Positions 11,626-24,654 of a stretch of DNA of 64,000 nt are shown piece after piece. The stretch covers positions 12,090-76,089 of the forward strand of contig NIVC01003806.1 in NCBI GenBank assembly GCA_002269645.1, written 5' to 3'. Origin of the DNA: Macrostomum lignano. Its lineage: Eukaryota. Below the pieces are notes generated by a model, which saw only the letters and a list, made by a program, of their open reading frames with translations, was not told the origin of the DNA and made no database searches. The position numbers were made by a program, and so were the translations under genes. The number at the start of each line of letters is the position of its first letter. The stretch's first letter is position 1.

Positions 11626-13964
11626 CACTGACAACACCAATTCTGAAAAAAATGTACATGTACATGTAGAAATCTTGGCTTTGTCCCCCTTAAAATCCAT
11701 GGCGACGCCCCCTGTACGTAGTTGCTCCGCTCTCACCGACGTAAGGATCGACGCTTTGGTAGAATATGGCACCCTGAATCCTTTATAAAGTTGATTCCTT
11801 TGTAATTCAAGTTTACTTCAACTGCCATTAATTCAATACAATATTTATATGTATCCGTGCTTAGCAAAAAGTACTTCGTAGTTATGCAGCTCTGAGCGCG
11901 CAGTGATTGGTCATCTCGCTTGTAGAAACACACTCGGCCCAGTTACTACGTTCAACTAAAACTGAGCCAGCCCCAAAGTGCACCGCGTCCTAACATACAT
12001 ATATATACACAAAAAAGGGCACAGGCACTTCATGTACTCATGTACTGCAGAAGAACGAGTTCTTTTCTTATAAAATGCTCGAGAGCGATGGTTTACGCAA
12101 GAATACACTCTGAAGAGATATATATGTACGCGACCTTTTCATTTTTTGTCCAAAATATAATAAGTAATTTATCAGCATTTATTTAATAATTTAATCAGCC
12201 CTTAATAATATAATTATTAAAGATTGTACCGTAATTATAATTACTTTATCCGTAATTATAAATACAGCTCATGAACATGAATTTTAAATGTGCATGTCGT
12301 TCGAATAGCTCGTAAAAGACAAATTCTTCTATTCATTCGCTGCGTCAAAAAGTGACTGCACAAGTTACTACACAACACGCGAGCCTGCATGCACACCAAA
12401 ATCTTCAAGTTTCATTTTCTCGACTCTCAACATGAGACTAAACAAAAAACGAAATTTTCGCCTCCTTTGCTCTACTTTGTTCATCACACTGCGTACTAAT
12501 TATATGAAGCACATACATACTGAATGATCACCTTTTAATATAATTACGAGCGTACGGCCATTCGAGTTACGATCGATTTAAAATATCCTATTAGTTTCTC
12601 TGTTAAACAAAAAGATTAAGAGATAAGAGATGAGTCTTAATTATGTTTGTTTGTATATTTTGAAGTACTTCTATTTTATTATATTCATTGGCGTGAACCC
12701 AGAACTTTTGCTTGGCTTTTGTTATGGCATGGGTGTTGGGTGTCCCAGCGTGGACATCCTGTGCAAACATGCAGCTTTTTAACATTCCGCGCTCCTCCGA
12801 GGCAATTCAGCAAAACCTATATCCTGCATAACTACTATATTTTAACTACTATACTTTATATCAACACTTGCTGCGTTTCCAAAACTTAAAAAAATTCTTT
12901 GATTTTTAACTTTTTTTAGACAGTTTTCTGGTTTTTTTCTGAGACACCTAGCTTAGGACTCTCGTTATATTTGCGGCTTTTTACTAGCCTTTATGGTTAG
13001 CGGCATACGAACTATTTGGCGCAAATTCAAATTTTTATTTCTAAGAGAGCGTGTCCTCAATGTTTACATGTGACCAATTGTCATTGAGATCACTTGTGCA
13101 CCTTTTATTTTTAGATTCGTTTTTATCCCTTCGTCATTCGTCATTATGTGATTGAATTTTATTTTGATAAAAGAACATTAGATCTATGGCAATTCGTTTA
13201 TTACCTGAATTACTTCATCCTGGTTTTATTTTGCTTTTTTTGGCTAGCTTCTAGCTAAAATTACTAAGACGATTAGGGACTCTTTATTTCATGTTATTAT
13301 GGTTTTTCAAAATTATTCTATTCCTGATATTTTGTGAGATTGAACATCTACCTGTTGTTTTCTTCTTGTCCCAATGATCTTGAAGTATATTTAATTTAGT
13401 TTTTTATGTCACTACTAATTATACTTTGCAAAAACGATTGTTGTGTTGACATGTCAAAACAAAATATTTAGAATTGAAACTATTGAAAAATCAGACAGTC
13501 AGTGTTGAGTTAAACTTTGCCATTTGCTTGTAGTTCTTTTTAAATAAGACAATATTTGAACATTATACTATTGTTGATTATACAAGCTATTTTACTAGTA
13601 GTTAGAAACTAAACTACATATTTTTTTATATATGAGAAATTTTAGTTATTTACTGATTTTTTAAATTTATGCTTGAAATATCTTTTTCAACTTTATATTC
13701 ATAAATAAAGCTTGCTTTAATATAAAACCTAAAGTCCAAACAAAAGTGTGTTAATATTCATTTTTTTGTTTTTGTGCATATTAAAAAAGATTCTAAAATG
13801 TAAGTTTGCATTTTGCCAAGTTTTAGATGCACAATGTACGATGCACATTGTACTTTTAAACTTTTAAAAAATATTTTGTCTTAGCTTAGCAATGTCTCTT
13901 ACAATATTTAAGCTTTATCACAACTTAGATTATTAAGCTAAGTTAAGTTGACACCTTCTTAGAT

Positions 13965-14850
13965 CCTTAGTTGCTAGGCCAGCCTCCCAGATCCTCAGTT
14001 GCTACGCCACTGCCAGCCTCCCAGATCCTCAGTTGCTACGCCACTGCCAGCCTCCCAGATCCTCAGTTGCTAAGCCACTGCCAGCCTCCCAGATCCTCAG
14101 TTGCTAAGCCAGTGCTAGCCTCCCAGATCCTTAGTTGCTAAGCCATTGCCAGCCTCCCAGATCCTCAGTGCTGGGCTAGCCTCTCAGAGTGTCAGTTGCT
14201 AGGCCAGCCTCCCAGATCCTCAGTTGCTAAGCTACTGCCAGCCTCCCAGATCCTCAGTTGCTAAGCCACCACCAGCCTCCCAGATCCTCAGTTGCTGGGC
14301 CAGCCTCCCAGATCCTCAGTTGCTAGGCCAGCCTCCCAGATCCTCAGTTGCTAAGCTACTGCCAGCCTCCCAGATCCTCAGTTGCTAAGCCACCACCAGC
14401 CTCCCAGATCCTCAGTTGCTGGGCCAGCCTCCCAGATCCTCAGTTGCTAGGCCAGCCTCCCAGATCCTCAGTTGCTAAGCTACTGCCAGCCTCCCAGATC
14501 CTCAGTTGCTAAGCCACCACCAGCCTCCCAGATCCTCAGTTGCTGGGCCAGCCTCCCAGATCCTCAGTTGCTAGGCCAGCCTCCCAGATCCTCAGTTGCT
14601 AAGCTACTGCCAGCCTCCCAGATCCTCAGTTGCTAAGCCACCACCAGCCTCCCAGATCCTCAGTTGCTGGGCCAGCCTCCCAGATCCTCAGTTGCTAGGC
14701 CAGCCCCCCCAGATCCTCAGTTGCTGGGCCAGCCTCCCAGATCCTCAGTTGCTGGGCCAGCCTCCCAGATCCTCAGTTGCTGGGCCAGCCTCCCAGATCC
14801 TCAGTTGCTGTGCCAGCCTCTCAGATCCTCAGTTGCTGGGCGACTGCCAT
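13965..14850. repeat. 28/34-bp minisatellite with a 124-bp higher-order repeat
   Basis: The GCTAAGCTACT variant recurs at 14226, 14350, 14474 and 14598 (124-bp spacing). Confidence 0.92.
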
Positions 14851-15099
14851 CATCCCAGATCCGTTAATTTATATTTTAGGCTAAAACTTTACTGCAGAGC
14901 TTTCAAATGATCAGTCGTTTGCTTTTAAGATGTACATGCATATTGTGCTATATATCCTATAGTTTATATCTATCCAATTATGAATTGCTTTCGCAAAAAA
15001 TTTTTGTTGATGCCTCTGTTTATCCTTCCATAGCCAGATGCGAGACCGTAGCCTGTTGCGTCTCTTGCGTTGGTTCTGCCTTGTCTCTTTGGCGCCTCT

Positions 15100-15247
15100 G
15101 CGTCCATCCAGCTCTTCTTGGCAGGCGAGGGAGGGTTAGAGTGGCTCTCGGTTGAGCAGCTACTCCAAGGTGGGAATCGTTAATGCTATTTAGTTGCGAG
15201 TCTCTCTAAACTGCTCAAGACACCCTTCAAAGTCCAGTCCCTGTGCA
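15100..15247 (+). other. Probable non-coding 5' UTR exon of the PRKX-like gene
   Basis: Strong donor GCA|GTAAGT at 15248 and an acceptor TTTTGCAG at 16429, 13 nt before ATG 16443. The 5' boundary is a guess. Confidence 0.35.
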
Positions 15248-15834
15248 GTAAGTATGAACTGTTGCAGAACAATAGCAGCTGGCAAATAAATCTTTTTAAT
15301 TGCCAGCCCGCTGTATAGCTCGCTTATTGGTGCTGCAGTGTTTATTTTGCTTATACTGCGACTGGATTCTGATTAGTGGGATTAGTTGGTTAGCGGTTCC
15401 CAAGGTCGTGCAAAAGGAGGCGATTAAGAATCCGCATTTCCGATCAATTCTGTCTCAGTGCAGTCGCACTGCTTGTTCTTAATTGTTCGGCAAGGAGCGC
15501 ACATGTTTGTCGTAAGAGAGGAATCGGATTTTTCTATGGGTTTGTCTATGGGGAAACCTCACTAAGCACTGTGCGTTCTCTGGAGCTTACTGAATACAAC
15601 TGGCGACACGACAAATGTACGTTCCTTGGCGGGCTCCAACTCATTTTTAAGAAAATTAAAATTTTTAAATAGCGTCCTTATACTTTGGCTACACATTGTG
15701 TTAAATCGTGTGTATGACCGCTTAGTGTCTTTTATGTTCTCAGTAAATAGACTAGCAACCAGCGCCCCCCATTGGGGAGCCAACAAAGAATGGAATAAAA
15801 AAATTGAATAAACTACATGTAGCTTCTGACCCCC

Positions 15835-16178
15835 CAGACTTGACATCGCAGCAATTCCCCCTGTCAGCTTTGACATCTCAGCATTCCCCCCATCAGCCTT
15901 GACATCTCAGCATTCCCCCCATCAGCCTTGACATCTCAGCATTCCCCCCATCAGCCTTGACATCTCAGCATTCCCCCGTCAGCCTTGACATCTCAGCATT
16001 CCCCCCGTCAGCCTTGACATCTCAGCATTCCCCCCGTCAGCCTTGACATCTCAGCATTCCCCCCATCAGCCTTGACATCTCAGCATTCCCCCGTAAGCAT
16101 GGACATCCCAGCGATTCCCCCATAAGCCTTGACATCGCAGCAATTCCCCCGTAAGCATGGACATCTCAGCGGTCCCCA
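15835..16178. repeat. 29/30-bp minisatellite (TTGACATCTCAGCATTCCCCCATCAGCC)
   Basis: Reverse-complement family of 30205-30745. Confidence 0.88.
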
Positions 16179-16442
16179 ATGAATCTTTTATTTTCGACAC
16201 GACGCTTCCTTCATTTTTGATTGAAAAAAAAGTGTTTTGCCATGCAGGTTGCGCGCAGTCCTCATGTATATATCTATATCTATTTTACATTCAATCGTGT
16301 ACGAGCTGCCTGCAGCGTACGACAAGTGCTTATATAAGTCTTATAAAAGTGTATCATAAAGCACCCTGACATCTCTGACAGCATGCCTGGACTGTGGTCA
16401 CTAAACCTCAAAATGCAACAATTTTGCAGACCGGGTTCCTCT

Positions 16443-18112
16443 ATGGCCCAAAGCGGCGGCGGAGGCGATATGGACTCTGTGACTGTCGCCCTATCTCAAG
16501 TTGAGCTGCAGCAGCCCGGCAGCATTGACTGGTCCAAGTTCACCCTGCGCCAGGCCGAACTGCTCCGCACAGTGGGCACCGGGACCTTCGGCCGGGTGCT
16601 GGTGATCAGGGAGCGCTCCACCGCCCAGCACTTTGCCCTGAAGATCCTTCTTATCGATGACGTTGTGCGGTTGAAACAGGAGGCCCACGTGAAGAACGAG
16701 AAGGCCATCCTGATGAACGTGAAGCATCCGTTCCTTGTGCGCCTCTACTGGACCAATCACGACGCGAAGTTCCTGTACATGATCATGGAGTACATCTGCG
16801 GCGGGGAGGTGTTCTCCTACCTGCGCGCTGCTGGCATCTTCGCCAACTCTGCCGCCCTGTTCTACGCTGCTGAGATTTTGTCGGCCATCGGCTACCTGCA
16901 CAGCCTGTGCATCATGTACCGCGACCTCAAGCCCGAGAACCTGCTGCTGGATGTCAATGGCCATTTGAAGATTACGGACTTCGGCTTTGCCAAAGTTGTG
17001 CGAGATCGGACCTTCACCATGTGCGGCACTCCGGAGTATCTGGGTGGGTTGTGACCAAATTTTGTGTGTCTTTGAATTGTTCTGCTGGATTCAATGGTAG
17101 ATTAGGTATCTGATACCGGGGGCCGTAGCCCAGCGGTAGCGCAGCTGCTCTGGTGTGCCAGCGGCCCAGGCTCGATTCCAAGTGCAGTCACATTAATTTG
17201 GGGCTGAATTGGAATCTCGGCTTGGCTCTGCTCGTGCAATTAACGGCCTTGAGAGCCAACCCCCCAAGGCGCAGTGAAGTGTACATGCCTATCGATAATA
17301 TAAAGTTAGGGCCGCTGTACACTCCTGTGTGAGTGTGTGCCTGCGTACGTATCCGCGCGCTTGTATGCCTGCTCAGGGGAGTCGGCGGAATGGGCAGTAA
17401 TGCCTCTCGCCGGTTGTGTGCCTATGTCGCTTGAAGTGCGCCAGGGTGCACCCAACCCCCCTGCCTCTAATAAAAAAGGTATCTGATAGATTCGATTAGG
17501 TGTCTGGTAGATTCGATTAGGTTTCTGGTAGATTCGATTAGGTGTCTGGTAGATTCGATTAGGTGTCTGGCAGATTCGATTAGGTGTCTGGTAGATTCCA
17601 TTAGGTTTCTGGTAGATTCGATTAGGTGTCTAGTAGATTTGATTAGGTATCTGGTGGACCTATGTACAAGCGCAGATTGAGTTTAGTGGAAAATGAAATT
17701 GCAGATTTGCCCACAGCCGGCGGGGTCAGTTTGGCCGCACGAATTCATGCCTCCGTTTCTGTTGTTATTTTTACATCTCGCTGTTTCTCTATTTGGCAGA
17801 TTAAGCTTCTTGCTGTGTGCAGAGCCTGGCAGGGTTCCGAGGGGGGAATTGCTGGGGCGGAGGCTTCAAGTGGGGTGGCGGCTCACACTCGACAGGCGAC
17901 CCCGTGGGCCGTAGTTGCTTTTTTATTGTTTTCAACTGCTCCGCGGCATCATTATGAGCGGAGGCTGAGAGCTGTGCTCACTGCCAAATTTGCACAATGC
18001 AGTCGCTAAGACTGAGTAAACCTCTAAGTCTCTAGCAGATTGCGTCTGGGTGGCTTTGATTCCAGGCAGTTGCTTTTCACTGGGCGTTCTTTGCTGCATG
18101 CCCTGTCTATCC

Positions 18113-18179
<67 letters not shown>

Positions 18180-18180
18180 C

Positions 18181-18227
<47 letters not shown>

Positions 18228-18228
18228 C

Positions 18229-18298
<70 letters not shown>

Positions 18299-18320
18299 GT
18301 ATCTATCCATCTATCTATCC

Positions 18321-18411
<91 letters not shown>

Positions 18412-18412
18412 C

Positions 18413-18466
<54 letters not shown>

Positions 18467-18488
18467 GTATCTATCCATCTATCTATCC

Positions 18489-18566
<78 letters not shown>

Positions 18567-19472
18567 GTATCTATCCATCTATCTATCCATCTATCTATCC
18601 ATCTATCTATATATCTATATATATATCTATTTCTATCTGTCTATCTGTCTATCTTTCTATCTACCTCCACCTTGCAGCACCTGAGATCATCCGTGGCCAA
18701 GGCTACAACAAGTCCGTGGACTTCTGGGCCCTCGGCATCCTCATCTACGAGATGCTTGTGGGCTCGCCGCCATTTTACGACGATAACCCGGCCAACATCT
18801 ACCAGAAGATTCTGCCAGGAAAATTTGACTTCCCCAGAGAAAGCAACATCGACCCGCTGGCTAAGGATCTCATTCGAAGGTGGGGTGTTCGATTCGGTGC
18901 ACGGCTACATTAATTTGGGGCCTGTGCGCATGAAAATTGGTCAGGGGTTGTCGTGAACTTCTTGCCCAGAGGGCCAAGGCACAGAGGGTGCACATGCCTG
19001 AGGATTAGAAAGTCAAAGAGCCGCTGTGCACCCTGTGTGAGCGTGTGTGTGAGTGCGTGCCTGATTACAGTGTTGGCCTGCTTGTCTGAGCCTGCTTGCT
19101 CAAGAGTCTGCGGAATGGGCAGAATCGCCTCAGCGCTGGTTGTGAGACGATGTCGCCGAAGGCTTGGAGCCGAGTTGCCTACAAGAACGCATTTATACAT
19201 AAGATTATTGTATCGCACGTGACAGGCTGCTGACCGTGGACCAGACAAAGCGGCTGGGCAACATGAAGAACGGCGTCGAGGACATCCGGTCGCACCGCTG
19301 GTTCAAGTCCATCAACTGGCCAGATGTGGAGCTGCGCCAGTTGAAGCCGCCCATTGTGCCGCAGGTCTCTCACGCCGGCGACACCCGCTGCTACGACATG
19401 TACGACGAGCAGGACTGGAAGAAGGTCCCGGTGGCGTCTCCAGCCGGCCAGGAACATTTCAAAGATTTTTGA
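16443..19472 (+). CDS. PRKX: PRKX / Pka-C3-type cAMP-dependent protein kinase catalytic subunit, about 349 aa; exons 16443-17043, 18678-18879, 19226-19472
   Basis: Motifs [48 protein letters not shown]|[23 protein letters not shown] and C-terminal FKDF are PRKX-type. Splice phases 1 and 2 are consistent and the total is 1050 nt. The start ATG 16443 is inferred because it follows an acceptor at 16429. Confidence 0.92.
17116..17476 (+). mobile_element. Full-length tRNA-derived SINE (family A) with a 12-bp target-site duplication
   Basis: A box TAGCCCAGCGG, B box GGCTCGATTCC and an A-rich tail AATAAAAAA. It is flanked by AGGTATCTGATA at 17104-17115 and 17477-17488. Confidence 0.85.
17477..17655. 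repeat. 21-bp minisatellite (TAGATTCGATTAGGTGTCTGG)
   Basis: About 8 units; a first unit is left at 17096-17115, upstream of the SINE. Confidence 0.85.
18103..18662. repeat. (ATCT)n microsatellite abutting the PRKX exon 2 acceptor
   Basis: Direct reading. Confidence 0.95.
18880..19200 (+). mobile_element. Divergent SINE family A relative filling PRKX intron 2
   Basis: B-box-like GTTCGATTC followed by ACATTAATTTGGGG, GCCGCTGTGCAC and GCGGAATGGGCAG, collinear with the 17116 copy. Confidence 0.6.
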
Positions 19473-19544
19473 TGATTTCGGGCTGTGATTTGAAATATGC
19501 GTCGTTTTGAAAGCACCTCATAATTGATCGGCATTTTTAATTCA

Positions 19545-19790
19545 GAGTAGGAATTTCCAGTGTCAATGTACAGCGGTTTAAGGCGGGGAGTGAGGTGGAT
19601 GTCCTGACAAGGGGTAGGAATTTCCAGTGTCAATGTACAGCGGGGCAGGGCGGGGAGTGAGGTGGATGTCCTGACAAGGGGTAGGAATTTCCTGTGTCAA
19701 TGTTCAGCGGGGCAGGGCGGGGAGTGAGGTGAGCATCCTGATAAGGGGTAAGAACTTCTTGTTTCAATGTACAACGAAGTGAGGTGGACA
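19545..19790. repeat. 67-bp tandem repeat downstream of the PRKX stop codon
   Basis: GGAATTTCC recurs at 19550, 19617 and 19684. Confidence 0.8.
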
Positions 19791-20964
19791 GTCAAGCTAT
19801 AGATTTTTAACTTAAATAAATCTGGAATCAAAGGTGTCGCTGTGAGTGCAAATTTAGCAGAAATATAATCGGGGTGCTTTCCAAACTTTGTAAGATTTCT
19901 GCAACAATAAAATATTGATTTTCATGCCTAATTTCCTCATTCGAGACAATCTGGAGTTCTGTCAGAAGACAGGCATTCTCCAGATGTATTTGCCAGAGTT
20001 TTCTGCAACAATTCAGTTGCAGACGTTGTTAATGTGTCAATGCACTGCCCGCTTCATCTCGTGTCAAGCTCAAACTGATATCTTAGCCTATTTTTGAATG
20101 AACAAAAACTTCTGACTTGCCAAAATTTGTTCTTCCAGCTCAACTGGCCGCATTAAGTCGGCAAATCCTGAGTGTGTGCGAACTTTTTTTACAATTTATT
20201 CTTGTAATTTTTTACACTGTACGACAGATAATTTTGTGAAGCGCCTCTATTAAAGTTTTTTTAGTTTTTTTTTAGTGACGAAGTTTGACAGTTTTTCTGT
20301 ATTTTGTAATTTAACAGATTGAATATTGTTTAAAAATTGTCTCAGGCTAAAATTGTGTTTTCAATTGTCTTGTTGTACTACTGATGCGCTGTCAGTAGTA
20401 TGTATTGGGAAATTCGGAATATGCTAATGTGAGATTCACAATAAGGGCAGAGCTCGGCTCTTAAGTTTGACGCGTCGCGGGTAGCAACAGACGCGGCTGT
20501 GTGCTTCTCTCGCTCTTCCAACAAAGCACTTAGCTGACTAAAAAAATTCCAACTGAATTTGAATTGCATCTTCGCCAAGCTGACTGACTGCCATTGTTTT
20601 TCCCACATTAACTTTCACCTGACTCGCTGATCCTCAAAGCGCGAGACCCAGCCATTATCCAAGCTTCTGTTACCGAACTCTCCTCACTCATGCATGTCAG
20701 TCCTTTGTCTCTCAATCCACTCTCAGGCCAAGCGGGTGCACAGGATGAAGCTGACACAGGAAACCGAGGCTCAATCATTTGGGTTGTTTAATGATTCTGT
20801 TGAATTGCAAAAATCCAATTGTTGTTTTAAATACATAACCGCCCTGTGCCTTTTGTATATAGCTGCCACCAGCTTAAAGTTTTTTCGTCACGAACTGTCT
20901 GCTTTCACCGATTTTATTGCTCCAGAGTTGAATAATTGTTAGGTGTTATGCTGAATCAGGAATA

Positions 20965-21272
20965 ATTAATAACAATATAATAATTGCTTACACCTGCCCT
21001 AACGAGCAGATGTGCAACCGACAGCTCAGCCGCAGCTATTGCGCGGCGCATCTGAAGCCTGCGTACGGCTGTTCAGTCCAAGGACTGGGGGGTCGCCACA
21101 CAAACCCTCAATTACCCCAGCTAATGCTGGCACCCATTTTACAGCTGGGTGAACTGAGGCAATGCAGAGTTTAGTGTCTTGCTCAAGGACACAAATTGTT
21201 CCGAGTGGGTCGAGAATCGAACCCCCGACCTTCAAGTTGCGAGTCCGACGCTCTGACCACTAGGCTACAACC
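20965..21272 (-). mobile_element. tRNA-derived CORE-SINE (family B, MIR-type core)
   Basis: The reverse complement is highly similar to 40580-40886: B box GGTTCGATTC, a CORE-like segment GTGTCCTTGAGCAAGACAC...CTCAGTTCACCCAGCTGTAAAATGGG, and an (ATT)n tail. Confidence 0.85.
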
Positions 21273-21784
21273 TAGTGTCAGGCTCAGGAAGGAGGCAAAA
21301 CCGCTGCACTTGTTCATTACACAAGAAGGCTGTCGGGGCGCCCACGCGATTGACATTTTTGACTGTTGCTCTCCGCCTTCGCCTTCGTCGGCCCCAACTC
21401 TTCCGTGTGTGTTGATTGCTGCTGTCGAAGCAAATGTGCTGCCTAGAGCGTTTGCTAAGAAGGAATGACTTCACCCAGGTGAAGTACTGGGCTTAAGTAA
21501 ATTATTCAGCCCCAATCATGCCCGGTAAGCCTAAGGGTGCCCGTGGTTTTAGATGGGTTTATTCACAACCAGAATGCTCAAATGCGATGCGAAATTCTGA
21601 GCTGCTGCAGAGGGACTTGGCAGCCTGCACCAATCGATATGTAATCCTCTTGACTGCCCTCGGCTCTGCACTCTCCGCTCTCTGCTTTCTCTTTGATAGT
21701 TTTTGCTTCCTCTTGCCTGCTTCTCAATTCATGGGATTCAATCTCGTGGTCGCATATGAGATCTGGATTGAGTAGCAGAGCATC

Positions 21785-23340
21785 ACTTGAGGTTGCTTAC
21801 TGACTGCCACTGAGGTTGCTTACCGACTGCCACTTACCGACTGTCACTGAGGTTGCTTACCGACTGTCACTGAGGTTGCTTACCGACTGTCAACTGAGGT
21901 TACTTACCGACTGTCACTGAGGTTGCTTACCGACTGCCACTGAGGTTGCTTACCGACTGTCACTGAGGTTGCTTACCGACTGCCACTGAGGTTGCTTACC
22001 GACTGTCACCTGAGGTTGCTTACCGACTGTCACTGAGGTTGCTTACCGACTGTCACCTGAGGTTGCTTACCGACTGTCACCTGAGGTTGCTTACCGACTG
22101 TCACTGAGGTTGCTTACCAACTGTCACCTGAGGTTGCTTACCGACTGCCACTGAGGTTGCTTACCGACTGTCACTGAGGTTGCTTACCAACTGTCACCTG
22201 AGGTTGCTTACCGACTGTCACTGAGGTTGCTTACCGACTGTCACTGAGGTTGCTTACCAACTGTCACCTGAGGTTGCTTACCGACTGCCACTGAGGTTGC
22301 TTACCGACTGTCACCTGAGGTTGCTTACCGACTGTCAACTGAGGTTGCTTACCGACTGTCACATTAGGTTGCTTACCGACTGTCACCTGAGGTTGCTTAC
22401 CGACTGTCAACTGAGGTTACTTACCGACTGTCAACTGAGGTTGCTTACCGACTGTCACCTGAGGTTGCTTACCGACTGTCACTGAGGTTGCTTACCGACT
22501 GTCACTGAGGTTGCTTACCGACTGTCAACTGAGGTTACTTACCGACTGTCAACTGAGGTTACTTACCGACTGTCAACTGAGGTTGCTTACCGACTGTCAC
22601 CTGAGGTTGCTTACCGACTGTCACCTGAGGTTGCTTACCGACTGTCACTGAGGTTGCTTACCGACTGTCACTGAGGTTGCTTACCGACTGTCACCTGAGG
22701 TTGCTTACCGACTGTCACCTGAGGTTGCTTACCGACTGTCAACTGAGGTTGCTTACCGACTGTCACTGAGGTTGCTTACCGACTGTCAACTGAGGTTACT
22801 TACCGACTGTCACTGAGGTTGCTTACCGACTGCCACTGAGGTTGCTTACCGACTGTCACTGAGGTTGCTTACCGACTGTCACCTGAGGTTGCTTACCGAC
22901 TGTCACCTGAGGTTGCTTACCGACTGTCACTGAGGTTGCTTACCGACTGTCACTGAGGTTGCTTACCGACTGTCAACTGAGGTTACTTACCGACTGTCAC
23001 TGAGGTTGCTTACCGACTGTCACTGAGGTTGCTTACCGACTGTCACCTGAGGTTGCTTACCGACTGCCACTGAGGTTGCTTACCGACTGTCACCTGAGGT
23101 TGCTTACCGACTGCCACTGAGGTTGCTTACCGACTGTCACTGAGGTTGCTTACCGACTGTCACCTGAGGTTGCTTACCGACTGTCACTGAGGTTGCTTAC
23201 CGACTGTCACCTGAGGTTGCTTACCGACTGTCACCTGAGGTTGCTTACCGACTGTCACCTGAGGTTGCTTACCGACTGTCACCTGAGGTTGCTTACCGAC
23301 TGTCACCTGAGGTTGCTTACCGACTGCCACTGAGGTTGCA
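21785..23340. repeat. 22/23-bp minisatellite (CTGAGGTTGCTTACCGACTGTCA[C/A])
   Basis: About 1.55-kb array. Confidence 0.95.
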
Positions 23341-24654
23341 TACTAGCTCTCAACCTATGGCTGATAGCTCGTATTTCTATGTTGTTTACAATATCCCTTT
23401 ATTTTAGGATAGCCTCAAAGTTACACATTGTGCGTTGCACTTTGCGCTACTAGATGCAACCGGGAGAAGTCTTCTGCAATTGAAAAGCTGTCAAGAATTG
23501 GTACAAACAGAAACAGACTGATTTTTACCGAAAAAAGAAATAAGCGCGGCTTTACAAGACGAAAAAGTTGTTCCTGTTTTGCGGGCCCTAATTATCCCAT
23601 CGGTGCGGTTCGGGCGTCAGCAATCAGGGGTCACAATCAATGACAGCCTAGCTGCCTGCCTCTGGACAGATGGGGAACAGAGGCGCCAATGGGGAGCTGA
23701 TTTCGACGGCTTCTCTGCGCCACCGCGTAAAATTTCCAGCACTCGCTAAACGAGCGAAATTCTAAGCTTTGCAGCTGCGGCCAGAAGTCCCAAGCGAATT
23801 CTGGGAATCTAGGAAAACGGCAGACGCGCGCAAAGACCTTTAATGCTATTCCAATACGGATTGGAAGAGAGGCCATACAGATAGTCATTTTTAGCCCCAC
23901 GAAGGACGTTCAGACTTGTTCAGTTAGTTGCAGTTTTTTATATGTCCTTGGCCACGAGGATGGCCAAGGAGCTTAAACCCGTCCAGTGGTTATTTTTAGA
24001 AAACCTTGGCACAGATTTTCAGCTGAAGCCTGATCCGTTTTCTTGCGCTCCGCATGGAAAAGAAATGTTCGAATTTCCAGACGTCCGTTCGAGCTACTTC
24101 TAGAGGTCTCTGTAGTTTGATCGGGACTCAAACCTACGCGCTCCGTTGACAAGGCGAAACACGTTTTGCCTTTTATCAATTTGCATTGACCGGAAAGACG
24201 GGAGTTGCGTCGCGATCCTGTTTAATTTTCCGTCCGGAACTTGAAGCCAAATTTCGAAATTGCGTGATTGCTGCGTCTCTGGCAGCAACCCCCCCCCGGA
24301 CCCCCCGGAGACCCAAGCAGCAGACATAGGGTTTCACAGGATAATTACAGCGATACAGACTCCTCGACTTGGATGGGAGTTTGGTCTTTATTATGATATT
24401 GAGTCTGTTTTGACCTTCCTGTTCAACCTTCCCTGTCTCCGTCTGTCTGTCTAGACTACTTTTGGTTTTTGTTACAGACTGTCTCTCGTAGCTACGTCTC
24501 AATTTACTGGCGAAGATCAACTGTCTGAACTTTAGCTCGTGACGAGAGTACCTGACTTTTCAAAGCTTTCGACCTAATCAAATAACTGACTAGATCGAGC
24601 TATTGTGGCGCTATTGCGTAGATTTACTACTGTTGCACCAGCACGTCTGTGGGT

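Noticed and set aside
11900-13960. AT-rich unique region as a gene or transposase remnant
   Set aside because: It has only short ORFs and no recognisable domains or terminal repeats.
17116-17190. tRNA gene
   Set aside because: A and B boxes are present but there is no complete cloverleaf. It continues into a SINE body with a tail and target-site duplication. The same applies to the 40580 and 21272 heads.
17300-17410. HDV-like ribozyme in SINE-A (GCGGAAUGGG)
   Set aside because: No P1 or P3 partner strands could be placed; only a simple hairpin is supported.
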